DNA of 64,000 nucleotides from Methanobacteriota archaeon (GTDB lineage Bacteria; Myxococcota; UBA727; JABDBI01): NCBI GenBank assembly GCA_013288705.1, contig JABDBI010000006.1, positions 9,078 to 73,077 of the forward strand, read 5' to 3'. Shown piece by piece: positions 35,129 to 44,582 of this stretch (position 1 is its first letter; each line of letters starts with the position of its first letter). The notes under the pieces were generated by a model. It saw only the letters and a program-made list of their open reading frames with translations, ran no database searches and was not told where the DNA came from. The position numbers and the translations under genes were made by a program.

Positions 35129-36979
35129 CTATTCTCCTGATTCATCGGCGATGGGGCGATGATGTTCTTCTTTTAGCGGCCCAACGGTATCGCGCGTTTT
35201 TTCTAATATGGCCTGCAAATTGGCAATCGTTTGCGATTTTTCGTTGTTCGAAAAATGCAAAATTTCTTGCAGTGCATCCCCGATGGGATTCAAGTACTTC
35301 TCGATATAGCCACGCTTCTTAGCCTCGTCCGCTTGACGGCGTTTGTGGCTCAAGTAGCGCTGTAGTCGACGACCACACTCCATGAGGGCAAGGCGCAACT
35401 CTTTTAAGATCTCCGGATAGTGTGCAATCGCTTCTTTGGATTCCGAAGTGTAGGGCACCCACACCGACGCAATATGTGCCATGACGACCAGCGGCCCTGT
35501 CGGCAGCGCGCCCTTCGATTGCTGTAGGTTGTAGGATTTCCAAGGTACGCTCATGACTGCTTTAGAGACTGCGCACGCCGATGCCTGATATTGCAGCGGC
35601 ACACGATTCGCATAGCGATACACTTGCGCAAGCGCATCGGCTTTCAGGCCGCCGCCATAAAAAAGTCCCACTTCGACTTGGAAAGGATTGCCTCGATAAA
35701 CAGAAGGTGGACGGGTGATCGCCGTGACAAAATATCCCTCATGCTCCGACTGAACAGAGCCTTCTTCATCGCCCTTTAAAGCACGCACTGCCGCTAAAGA
35801 ATCTTTTGGAGCCTCCGCCTCAGTTTCGTCCTCAAACGAAAACTCTGTTTGTTTGGTTTTGCCCTTTTTTTTGCCCGCAGGTTCCGGCGTAGAAACAGGC
35901 GCAACATCGACTTTTTCGGCGTCACCTAGGTCCCATTTTGAAGACTCAACAAAGAGCCAATAGAGCGCCTTCAGAATGCTATCTTCGTGCATGGGCGACA
36001 AACAATTGGTGGGTGGCGCCATGATTTTTGTGTCTTGAATCGCTTTATAAAGTGCTTCAGCCTCTTGGCGTCCGGCTTTGGCTGCTTGTTGTCGCGGTTT
36101 TATTTTTGCTTTTTCGCAGATCTCTTGTGCGATGGCATCTGTCACGCGAGAAAACTCATGCTGCAAAAAATGTGCTGCGGTTTCGTTCTTGGCATCGTGC
36201 AGCATTTGGATGAGTGTGCCGAGTTCAACGCCATGCGGATGAGGGCGAATCTCTTTGGGCGTGATTGGAACTTCATTCACCAATCGAGGAAACTTATGCA
36301 CCTGCCCCTTGGGATCGATGAGAGTCACATTCGCATGTGGATTCGAGAGCGCCGTTTGGCTTAAGTAAGCGAGCACGCCGTGGCGCCCTTCTTTATAGGC
36401 GCCTTCTAAAGTCATGCTGATGCAAGTGCCCGATATCCTCTCCGACCATTCTGCATTGTTGATCTCTCGATCTCCGATGACTGTCGGCGCATTCTTTTTT
36501 GTATCGATATGCAATTTGATTTCATGTGCAGGTTTGCCTTTACCTGTCTTGCTAATGACTTCAGCCGGTTTACCTGTAGTCATTTGCCCATACATCACCG
36601 CTGCAGAGATCCCGATGCCCTGCTGACCTCGGCTTTGCTTGAGCCGATGAAACTTAGATCCATAAAGCAATTTGCCAAAAATATTGGGCAAATGACTTTT
36701 GACGATGCCTGGCCCGTTATCGGAGATAGACACTTTGAATTGGTTCTCGCTCACGGCGCTGATGCGCACTTCGATCTCGGGTAAAATTTGTGCTTCCTCA
36801 CAAGCATCCAAAGCGTTGTCGACTCCTTCGCGTACGGCGGTGAGGAGCGCTTTAAGCGGGCTATCAAATCCGAGCAGATGGCGGTTCTTGCTGAAAAATT
36901 CGGAAATAGAAATCTCGCGAATTTTGCTTGCCATACTGGTCGCGTTTTCTTTTTTCAATTCGCGGGTGGCCACTTTCAA
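35129..36979 (-). CDS. top6B: DNA topoisomerase VI subunit B (GHKL ATPase)
   Basis: Bergerat fold boxes REGVDNALDA, ISDNGPGI, GQQGIGISAAV; directly upstream of top6A. Confidence 0.85.
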   Translation of the reverse strand: MKVATRELKKENATSMASKIREISISEFFSKNRHLLGFDSPLKALLTAVREGVDNALDACEEAQILPEIEVRISAVSENQFKVSISDNGPGIVKSHLPNIFGKLLYGSKFHRLKQSRGQQGIGISAAVMYGQMTTGKPAEVISKTGKGKPAHEIKLHIDTKKNAPTVIGDREINNAEWSERISGTCISMTLEGAYKEGRHGVLAYLSQTALSNPHANVTLIDPKGQVHKFPRLVNEVPITPKEIRPHPHGVELGTLIQMLHDAKNETAAHFLQHEFSRVTDAIAQEICEKAKIKPRQQAAKAGRQEAEALYKAIQDTKIMAPPTNCLSPMHEDSILKALYWLFVESSKWDLGDAEKVDVAPVSTPEPAGKKKGKTKQTEFSFEDETEAEAPKDSLAAVRALKGDEEGSVQSEHEGYFVTAITRPPSVYRGNPFQVEVGLFYGGGLKADALAQVYRYANRVPLQYQASACAVSKAVMSVPWKSYNLQQSKGALPTGPLVVMAHIASVWVPYTSESKEAIAHYPEILKELRLALMECGRRLQRYLSHKRRQADEAKKRGYIEKYLNPIGDALQEILHFSNNEKSQTIANLQAILEKTRDTVGPLKEEHHRPIADESGE

Positions 36980-37122
36980 ACCTTCTTGTTGCTGTCTCCC
37001 TAACCGTTAGCACAGCATAGGGCCAACCAGCTACACCCTTGGTTGAAAAGATGATGTTGGCGTGAACTTTGGTGTGCTATGTTAGCTGCGCTTGATTTTG
37101 CATATTTTGGAGTTTTGCCTAC

Positions 37123-38433
37123 ATGAAAACAGATCAGATTCCTGCTCCCGAACAAAATCCCGATGAACCGATAGATAAAAAGGAAAACTTGTTCGAAGTC
37201 GCCGAGAAACAGCTAGAAAGAGCTTTTAAAGTCGTACAGCTGGATGAATCTTTGCAGACCATTGTGAAGCAACCAAAAAATGAGATCATCATTCACTTTC
37301 CAGTACGCCTCACCAGTGGCAAAATTCAGCTTTTTAAAGGTTACCGTGTTCAGCACAATAATGTTTTAGGGCCCTTCAAGGGCGGCATGCGCTACCATCA
37401 CAATGTTTATTTGGATGAGTGTAAAGCACTTGCGGCATGGATGACTTGGAAATGTGCGTTGCAAAATATTCCTTTTGGTGGTGGCAAGGGTGGTGTCAAA
37501 TTTGATCCAAGCGCACACAACATGGAAGATTTGGAGCGTATCACCCGCAGATTTACCCATGCACTCGGCACCAATATAGGCCCGGAATGGGATATCCCGG
37601 CTCCCGATGTCGGCACTAATTCGCAGACCATGGACTGGATGATGGATACCTACAGCAACATGGTTTCCATGTCGGATAAGCAAGCTGTTAAGCGCGTCGT
37701 CACGGGTAAATCGATTGTTTGTGGTGGCAGTCCGGGTCGTGAGGAAGCAACGGGTCGCGGGATTGTGCACTGCATCAATCAATGGGCATTGGAAAAGCGT
37801 TTTAGCTTGCCTGGCAGTACATTGGCTGTGCAAGGTTTTGGCAACGTAGGGTCTAACACCGCTCAGATTCTTTCACGCATGGGTGTAAGCCTGATCGCTG
37901 TAGGCGATCACACGGGTTATTGGCGCCACCCCGAAGGGTTTAATCCCTACAAAATTTCGGAATACGTGCGCGCCCACCGAAGCTTGCAAGGCTATCCGGG
38001 CGGCCAGTCCATTAGCAGAGATGAGTTCTTTGCGACAAAATGCGACATCTTTGTTCCAGCTGCCTTGGAGCTACAAATTACAGAGAAAGAAGCAAAGATC
38101 ATGAACTGCAAGGTGGTTGTGGAAGGTGCCAATGGCCCCACAGACATTGATGGTGAAAATCTTTTGCTCAGCCGCGGGATCGATATCATCCCCGATATTT
38201 TAGCAAACTCTGGTGGTGTGATTGTGAGCTACTATGAGTGGTTGCAAAACAAGCGTAGCGAGACATGGGATATTGAAGACGTACGCTCTCGGCTTGAGAC
38301 CAGAATGAGTAGCACCTACCAATTGGTGTCTGAAAAGGCCCGCTTCCTGAAGGTCGATACACGTACTGCTTGCTATGCCATCGCGTTGGAGCGCTTGCAG
38401 CAAGTGTATACTAGAAGGGGCATTTGGCCATAG
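37123..38433 (+). CDS. gdhA: Glutamate dehydrogenase (Glu/Leu/Phe/Val dehydrogenase family)
   Basis: FKGGMRYH, IPFGGGKGG, VQGFGNVGS dinucleotide fold. Confidence 0.9.
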   Translation: MKTDQIPAPEQNPDEPIDKKENLFEVAEKQLERAFKVVQLDESLQTIVKQPKNEIIIHFPVRLTSGKIQLFKGYRVQHNNVLGPFKGGMRYHHNVYLDECKALAAWMTWKCALQNIPFGGGKGGVKFDPSAHNMEDLERITRRFTHALGTNIGPEWDIPAPDVGTNSQTMDWMMDTYSNMVSMSDKQAVKRVVTGKSIVCGGSPGREEATGRGIVHCINQWALEKRFSLPGSTLAVQGFGNVGSNTAQILSRMGVSLIAVGDHTGYWRHPEGFNPYKISEYVRAHRSLQGYPGGQSISRDEFFATKCDIFVPAALELQITEKEAKIMNCKVVVEGANGPTDIDGENLLLSRGIDIIPDILANSGGVIVSYYEWLQNKRSETWDIEDVRSRLETRMSSTYQLVSEKARFLKVDTRTACYAIALERLQQVYTRRGIWP

Positions 38434-38467
38434 TTGATTATTTAAACAGGAATGCTATAAATGGGAG

Positions 38468-38995
38468 ATGTCCCCTAAAGAAATACGCATTTGGCCAGAT
38501 TCGACTTTAACCAAGCCGTCAGAGCCAATCACGCATTTTGATGCGGCGCTGCGGGCGTTGGTGCGCGATCTGATCGACACCATGAACCACGAGGGGAACG
38601 CGGCCGGTCTTGCAGCACCACAAATTGGTGTAAACAAGCGCGTTTTCATGGTTGATATCCCACCAGAAGATAATAACGGCAACGGCACGAACGGTAAGCA
38701 AGCCTTCATTAACCCCGTTTTTATAAAAAAAGAGGGCAAGATGGAATGGCAAGAAGCCTGTCTTTCTGTGCCCGGTGAAGCTGGCTATGTCACGCGTGCC
38801 CGACATGTTGTGATGCGCTACATGGATCTTGATGGCAACCAGCAAGAGATTGACGCTGTGGACTATCTTGCTGGCTGTTTGCAGCACGAGACTGATCACT
38901 TGGATGGTAAACTCTGGGTGGATCACCAAAGCCGGTTAAAGCGCGAGCTGGTCCGCAAGAAGATGTTGAAGTTCAAGACTGAGCACAAGCGCTAG
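38468..38995 (+). CDS. def: Peptide deformylase
   Basis: GLAAPQIG, EACLSVPG, QHETDHLDG. Confidence 0.95.
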   Translation: MSPKEIRIWPDSTLTKPSEPITHFDAALRALVRDLIDTMNHEGNAAGLAAPQIGVNKRVFMVDIPPEDNNGNGTNGKQAFINPVFIKKEGKMEWQEACLSVPGEAGYVTRARHVVMRYMDLDGNQQEIDAVDYLAGCLQHETDHLDGKLWVDHQSRLKRELVRKKMLKFKTEHKR

Positions 38996-40065
38996 TCAGT
39001 CGGGTAAGCGGCTATTTCACCGCGAAAACCCTCAAGAAAAATACGATCTTTTTCCCGCTTAACCACTGGATCAGGCACCATTGGAACTTTGCCAAAACCA
39101 CCGGGAATATCAATCATAAAGGTTGGAATACATAGCCCAGAAATATGGCCACGCAGCTTTTTTACTAAAGCCAGCGCTTCCCCAATTGGGACACGAAAAT
39201 GGGCAGTTCCAGAAGCCACATCACATTGATGCAAATAATATGGCCGTGCGCGCAAACGCGTGAGTTCACGAAACAGTGTTGCTAAAACTTGCACATCGTT
39301 GTTTACCTGTCGTAGCAGCACCGTTTGGTTCAACACCGGAATGCCTGCGTTGGTTAATTTGAGGATCGCGTCTTTTGCCTCGCTAGCTAATTCCTGTGGA
39401 TGATTAATATGGCTCATCACATAAACAGGGTGGTGTTGCTGCAAAATATCCACGAGCTGATTGGTGATACGCATCGGTGCGAACGTGAGCATGCGCGTCG
39501 CCAGTCGAATAATCTCAACCGACTGAATGGCTCGAATCGACGACAACAACTGCGCAAGATTTTCATCACCCAGCAGCAAAGCATCACCACCCGACACGAG
39601 GACTTCTTTCACTTCTGGATGCGCACGAATATAAGCCAACGCTTGTTCAAGATCACTTGCTTTGGGCGTAGGGCCCTGTCCAACCCATCGTTTGCGCGTG
39701 CAGAAGCGACAATAGGAAGCACATCTGTCGGTGATTAAAAGCAAAACACGATCGGGATAGCGATGCACCAAATGAGGAACGACCTCGTGGTCTTCTTCGC
39801 CAAGCGGATCACGACGCTCGCTCTCTTGTAACTTGAATTCACTCGCGCGTGGAACCAGCTGTAACCGCAATGGATCAAGCGGATTGTCGACGTCGATCAA
39901 ACGCAAAAAATGCGGTGTGATGGTCAGAGGCAGGCCGCCTTGCGCGCGCAACGATAAAAGACCCGCTTCCTCCTCAGGCGTTAGAGAAAGTTGAGATTTT
40001 AAATCATCGCCATTGCGTATCGCATTCTTAAGCTGCCAGCGCCAATCGTTCCAGTTTGGTTCCAT
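38992..40065 (-). CDS. KamA-family radical SAM lysine 2,3-aminomutase (EpmB-like size)
   Basis: CASYCRFCTRK CxxxCxxC cluster, SGGDALLL, overall KamA/YjeK pattern, 357 aa. Confidence 0.8.
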   Translation of the reverse strand: MEPNWNDWRWQLKNAIRNGDDLKSQLSLTPEEEAGLLSLRAQGGLPLTITPHFLRLIDVDNPLDPLRLQLVPRASEFKLQESERRDPLGEEDHEVVPHLVHRYPDRVLLLITDRCASYCRFCTRKRWVGQGPTPKASDLEQALAYIRAHPEVKEVLVSGGDALLLGDENLAQLLSSIRAIQSVEIIRLATRMLTFAPMRITNQLVDILQQHHPVYVMSHINHPQELASEAKDAILKLTNAGIPVLNQTVLLRQVNNDVQVLATLFRELTRLRARPYYLHQCDVASGTAHFRVPIGEALALVKKLRGHISGLCIPTFMIDIPGGFGKVPMVPDPVVKREKDRIFLEGFRGEIAAYPTD

Positions 40066-40089
40066 TGCAGCAAATTACACGATACCGTC

Positions 40090-40635
40090 TTACTTTCCAG
40101 CTTTTTTGCGCGTCCCTTGCGTTCGCTTTTTGGTGGCAGCAAGCAGCGTTTTAGCGCGCTGAATAGCGGGGTGCTTGCCCGTTTTGTCGAGCTTGATGGC
40201 CATATTGAGATCTTCGAGCGCATCATCATATTGCTCTCTCTCGAGCAGCAATTCTGCACGGTTCACGAAGACATAGGGATCTTGTGACTCTAAATTGATG
40301 GCGATGGTAAATTCTTTCAAAGCGCGATCTTTATTTTCTTGGCGGGCCAAGACTGAACCAAGGACAGAGTGAAAATAGGCGTCATAGGGGTTGAGCACCA
40401 CGAGCCCTTCAAACACCTTTCTGGCATCTTCAAGCTTGCCCTGCTGAAGGACGTTATAGCCGAGCTGAGCATAGGCATAGGCTTGCTCCATCGTGATGCC
40501 TTGCACCTGCGCGAGAGTTAGTTCACCAAGCAGGAACCGCTCCAGATTCTTGACGGTGAGAGTTTGGGGTTTGCCATCTACCATTTCCAACTCAATTTCT
40601 GTTTTGGGTGGCCGTTTAACTTTTTGAATGAGCAT
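40090..40635 (-). CDS. Three-TPR protein resembling class II type III secretion chaperones (LcrH/SycD/CesD)
   Basis: 181 aa; GITMEQAYAYAQLGYNVLQQGKLEDARKVFEGLVVLNPYDAYFHSVLGSVLARQENKDRALKEFTIAINLESQDPYVFVNRAELLL. Confidence 0.5.
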   Translation of the reverse strand: MLIQKVKRPPKTEIELEMVDGKPQTLTVKNLERFLLGELTLAQVQGITMEQAYAYAQLGYNVLQQGKLEDARKVFEGLVVLNPYDAYFHSVLGSVLARQENKDRALKEFTIAINLESQDPYVFVNRAELLLEREQYDDALEDLNMAIKLDKTGKHPAIQRAKTLLAATKKRTQGTRKKAGK

Positions 40636-40843
40636 ATGGTGTTTTCCCCAATTCGCAGTCCTCGTCTTGAAACGAGCGAAGGCCGCTGCTTATTTACTTA
40701 ATGTAACAGTTTGGCCGAAAACATGTCAAATTCTTGGGGCATCTAAAAATATACAAAAATAAGGAGTCAGGCGCACTGGAAAAAAAACCACGTCATTTGG
40801 TACAATCGGAGGAGCGTTGTTTTGCGCGGACAAGGGGAAAGAA

Positions 40844-41794
40844 ATGCCGATATCGTTTCCAACATCGTCAACTCGCACGCCGGGACAACCCATTACAACA
40901 GGCACCCCAGGGGCAACCGCTGCGGCAGGTGGGGGCCGTACTGCAGGCACACGAACGCCGGGTAGCAGTACCGTCGATACCATGACTCCCGGTGGGCGCA
41001 CCCCAGGTACAACCACACCAGTGTCCGGTGGCGCAGCATTTCCAGTTGCTGCGCCAACCCAAGGTGCCGCGCAGGGACCAGGGGATGCCACATATGCGCC
41101 AATTACTGGGCCCGGTTCTGGGCCAGCTAGCCCTGCCGATATTGCGGCAGCTGCGCTTGCCCAAAACCAACAGCAGATTGCCAATCTTGTGAACAAAAAC
41201 AAAATACTAGAGAGTAAGGACGCGCAAAAGCTCGCCGACGAAATGCATTTTTCGAAGCCGCCGACGTTTGAAGAAGCCATCTTCATGGTTGGCATTCTCA
41301 TGCAGAAAAAGATGAACCGCCGGGTCATGAACATGCTGAACGGCGGTAACGACAACCCGGAGGTCAATTCGGACCCGAAAACACCGGGAACCACGGGGGC
41401 AACCGACGCTGGTGGCACAAGTGGTGTGAGCGGCGCAAGCGGTGCGAGTGGAGCAGCTGGCGTGAGCGGAGCGAGTGGCGTGAGTGGAGCAAGCGGTGCG
41501 GCTGGTGTGAGCGGAGCAAGTGGCGCGAGCGGCGCCGCTCCAGCGAGGCGGCCCGGCTCCCGTACGGGTGTCACCGATGCAGGAGGCGCGAGCGGAGCTT
41601 CGGGGACGTCTGATGCAGGAGGGACGAGCGGAGCCTCGGGAGCGAGTGGAGCTGCGCCTGTTGAATCGGAAACAATACGCATGCAGAAACTTCAGTTTCT
41701 GATGAACAAGCAAAGCGAAATGACTCAACTTGTCTCCAATATCATGAGGCTGATGCACGAATCCAACCAGGGTATTATTCAAAATATCAGGTAG
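40844..41794 (+). CDS. Repeat-rich 316-aa protein ending in a T3SS needle (SctF/PrgI/MxiH)-like C-terminal helix
   Basis: ATG 40844 after aagggga; P/T/G-rich N-terminus, (G-X-S/A)n block, C-terminus LQFLMNKQSEMTQLVSNIMRLMHESNQGIIQNIR versus PrgI ..SNTVKVFKDIDAAIIQNFR. Confidence 0.5.
   Translation: MPISFPTSSTRTPGQPITTGTPGATAAAGGGRTAGTRTPGSSTVDTMTPGGRTPGTTTPVSGGAAFPVAAPTQGAAQGPGDATYAPITGPGSGPASPADIAAAALAQNQQQIANLVNKNKILESKDAQKLADEMHFSKPPTFEEAIFMVGILMQKKMNRRVMNMLNGGNDNPEVNSDPKTPGTTGATDAGGTSGVSGASGASGAAGVSGASGVSGASGAAGVSGASGASGAAPARRPGSRTGVTDAGGASGASGTSDAGGTSGASGASGAAPVESETIRMQKLQFLMNKQSEMTQLVSNIMRLMHESNQGIIQNIR
41402..41656 (+). repeat. Tandem 9-nt-periodic coding repeat, (G[AV]S/GAA)n
   Basis: DAGGTSGVSGASGASGAAGVSGASGVSGASGAAGVSGASGASGAA ... 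DAGGASGASGTSDAGGTSGASGASGAA; Gly every third residue. Confidence 0.85.
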
Positions 41795-41811
41795 CCAATT
41801 CGCGTTGGAAC

Positions 41812-43674
41812 TTGCGCCCGGCGCTTGAGGTGCTATTGCTTCCAGGAGCAAATGAAACCCGGGAGCTTGCTTTGTCTTCTATCGACGCGTGGCATGTACC
41901 TTATGGTAGCCTCAGTTTCAATCTCGACGCGTTGTCGGCTTTTTTTCTAACACTCATTTTACTTCTCGGTGTGCTTACGGCTGTTTTCGGCAAAAATTCT
42001 TCCGGCACAACTTGGTTTTTCTTTATCTCCCTGATGTTTGGCATGACGCTTGTAGTGCTTGCTGCCAACGCGCTTTTGTTTTTATTCGGCTGGGAAATTA
42101 TGTCGCTGGCCTCTTATTTTCTGGTGACAACGCGTCATCAAGAACCTGGTGTACGAGCAGCCGGCTGGACGTATTTAGTCGCTACGCATCTTGGGACCAT
42201 TTTTCTTTTCGTGATGTTTTTCTTATGTGAGCAAAAGACGGGTAGCTTTGATTTTCATGCATTCTCGTCGCTTTCTGCCCAGAGTCCGGAAGTACTGGCG
42301 GCTATTTTTGCGTGCGCCGTGATTGGTTTTGGCACAAAAGCTGGTTTCGCACCATTTCACGTATGGCTTCCCGATACTTATCCGGAAACACCCAGTCATG
42401 TTGCAGCACTGATGTCGGCGGTGATGGCAAAAATTGCCATTTATGGGCTGCTACGCATGCTCACTTTCCTCGGAGAACCTGAGGCTTGGTGGGGCATCAC
42501 CCTGATTGCCATTGGTATCATGTCGGGGCTGTCGGGCATTATTATGGCGCTATCGCAAAAAGACTTGAAGCGCCTCATTGCTTATAGCTCCATTGAAAAC
42601 ATTGGCATTATTACCATCGGCATCGGGCTAGGCCTCCTCGGAATGGCGTATCAAGCGACTGGCTTTGCGGTGCTCGGTTTTGCAGGGGCGTTGTTGCATA
42701 TTCTTAACCATGCGCTGTTTAAGGGCCTGCTTTTTCTCGCCGCAGGGAGTGTGTTACAAGCTACCAAAACCCGGCTCATCGACGATCTCGGCGGACTCTT
42801 GCGGCGGATGCCGATCACGGGTGGTCTCTTTTTGTTTGGCAGCATCGCTATCACTGCCTTGCCACCACTGAATGGTTTTATCAGCGAGTTTCTCATTTAT
42901 CTTTCTGCGCTGGGCGGAGGTTTGACATTACGCTTTCCAGCAAACTTGCCATTTTTGGCGGCGGTGCTGGGGTTGGCTCTTATTGGTGGCTTGGCATTGG
43001 CTGCTTTCGCGAAAGCGTTTGGTCTCGTCTTTCTTGGTAGGGCACGCTCGGAGCATTCCACTCGTGCGAGTGAATCTGGAATTTGGATGCTGCTCCCGAT
43101 GGTGGTCTTGGCGCTCTGTTGCGTTGCGATTGCATTCGGGAGCGGGTTTTTTCTGGAAGAATTTGCGCCTATCGTGGGCGTATTGCTTCCCCATCACAGT
43201 GCAGCCACGGAAATGACTCTGCAGGCTGTGGCGGGGCAGGCTTTTGCTATCGCAATGCTGTCTGGCATCTTTTTGGCGGTTCTCGGTATCCTTGCTTTGT
43301 TTCGGTATTTGTTGCTGCGCGGGCGCGTTGTGCAAACGGGCGTTACGTGGGGATGCGGGTACACGAAGGGGACGCCAAAAATGCAATATACCAGTACGTC
43401 TTTTTCTGAACCGCTGTCTTTGCTCTTCTCGCCGCTGGCAGCCATGAAAACGGAGGTAACTGCGCCATCAGGTTTTTTTCCGAGCGCAGCGTCCTTGCAA
43501 AGACACGTAACCGATACTTTTAGAGAATCGATTTATCTGCCCATATTTTTGCGCATATCTGCGTTATTCAGCCATTTTCGCCTGATCCAACACGGGCGAC
43601 TACGTCTTTATGTGTTGAACGTTGTGGTCACGCTGCTTGTTCTTCTGACCTGGAAAATTGGATTTTCGTCATGA
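41812..43674 (+). CDS. HyfB/HycC/NuoL-like proton-pumping antiporter-type subunit
   Basis: 620 aa polytopic; LFGWEIMSLASYFLV, GFGTKAGFAPFHVWLPDTY, SSIENIG motifs; TTG start only 17 nt after the preceding stop. Confidence 0.8.
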   Translation: MRPALEVLLLPGANETRELALSSIDAWHVPYGSLSFNLDALSAFFLTLILLLGVLTAVFGKNSSGTTWFFFISLMFGMTLVVLAANALLFLFGWEIMSLASYFLVTTRHQEPGVRAAGWTYLVATHLGTIFLFVMFFLCEQKTGSFDFHAFSSLSAQSPEVLAAIFACAVIGFGTKAGFAPFHVWLPDTYPETPSHVAALMSAVMAKIAIYGLLRMLTFLGEPEAWWGITLIAIGIMSGLSGIIMALSQKDLKRLIAYSSIENIGIITIGIGLGLLGMAYQATGFAVLGFAGALLHILNHALFKGLLFLAAGSVLQATKTRLIDDLGGLLRRMPITGGLFLFGSIAITALPPLNGFISEFLIYLSALGGGLTLRFPANLPFLAAVLGLALIGGLALAAFAKAFGLVFLGRARSEHSTRASESGIWMLLPMVVLALCCVAIAFGSGFFLEEFAPIVGVLLPHHSAATEMTLQAVAGQAFAIAMLSGIFLAVLGILALFRYLLLRGRVVQTGVTWGCGYTKGTPKMQYTSTSFSEPLSLLFSPLAAMKTEVTAPSGFFPSAASLQRHVTDTFRESIYLPIFLRISALFSHFRLIQHGRLRLYVLNVVVTLLVLLTWKIGFSS

Positions 43675-44582
43675 TGACACTGATGATGATCCCCATTTGT
43701 TTGGCGCTGTGTTTTGCTCCGTTGCTACGTAGTGTCATTAATAAGACAAAAGCGTTCTTTGCTGGCCGCAAGGGGCCGCCTTGGTTGCAGCCTTATCGGG
43801 ACATTCGCAAACTTCTTGGCAAAGATGCGGTATATAGCAAGACTACGACGTGGCTATTTCGCGCAGGGCCCTTGGTGAGCTTGACAGGCGTGATGCTCGC
43901 GCTGACGCTTCTGCCGATGGGTAGTATTCCAACACTGCTCGCGTTCCCAGGGGATTTCTTGTTTCTGGCCTATCTTCTTGCTCAGGGTCGGCTTTTTGTT
44001 GTACTTGCTGCCCTCGATACCGGTTCAAGTTTCGAGGCCATGGGTGCTAGTCGGGAAGTGCAGTTCGGTGCGCTTACGGAACCAGTGCTTCTCTTGGCTA
44101 TCGCTACCCTCTCGCATCATGCAAGCATGTTTTCTCTCTCTTCGATTTATCAAACTGGTGTTCCAGATATTTGGTCGCGTGCTCCGATCATATTGCTCAT
44201 ACTTGCGCTGGTATTTTTCGTTGTATTGCTGAGCGAAAATTCGCGCATGCCTGTAGACGATCCGACGACTCATCTTGAACTCACCATGATTCACGAGGTG
44301 ATGGTGCTCGATCACGGTGGGCCTGACCTTGCATTCATCGAATATATGCAGGCACTGAAACTGTGGATTTTCTCTACGTTGATTGTGGGCTTGTTTATGC
44401 CCTCGATTGAGCTGCCGGTGGGACTGCAATGCGCCATTTTTCTGGCGGGTATGGGCGTGGTTGGTGTCGCCATTGGTCTTACTGAGACAATGATGGCGCG
44501 GCTGCGCATGGAGAAGGTGCCGCAGCTGATTGTGGGTGCGGGGATGCTCTCGGTTTTCACTTTGTTGCTCGAGGTGTTTTAA
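43671..44582 (+). CDS. HyfC/HycD/NuoH-like membrane subunit
   Basis: 303 aa; LAALDTGSSFEAMGASRE, DDPTTHLELTMIHEVMVLD typical of HycD/NuoH. Confidence 0.8.
   Translation: MMTLMMIPICLALCFAPLLRSVINKTKAFFAGRKGPPWLQPYRDIRKLLGKDAVYSKTTTWLFRAGPLVSLTGVMLALTLLPMGSIPTLLAFPGDFLFLAYLLAQGRLFVVLAALDTGSSFEAMGASREVQFGALTEPVLLLAIATLSHHASMFSLSSIYQTGVPDIWSRAPIILLILALVFFVVLLSENSRMPVDDPTTHLELTMIHEVMVLDHGGPDLAFIEYMQALKLWIFSTLIVGLFMPSIELPVGLQCAIFLAGMGVVGVAIGLTETMMARLRMEKVPQLIVGAGMLSVFTLLLEVF

Noticed and set aside
40726-41682. 318-aa minus-strand ORF covering the needle-like/repeat gene
   Set aside because: It is a Pro/Ala/Leu-rich mirror image of the plus-strand (GAS)n and P/T/G-rich coding repeats. It has no plausible start context. 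The plus-strand frame has an RBS and a recognisable C-terminal motif.
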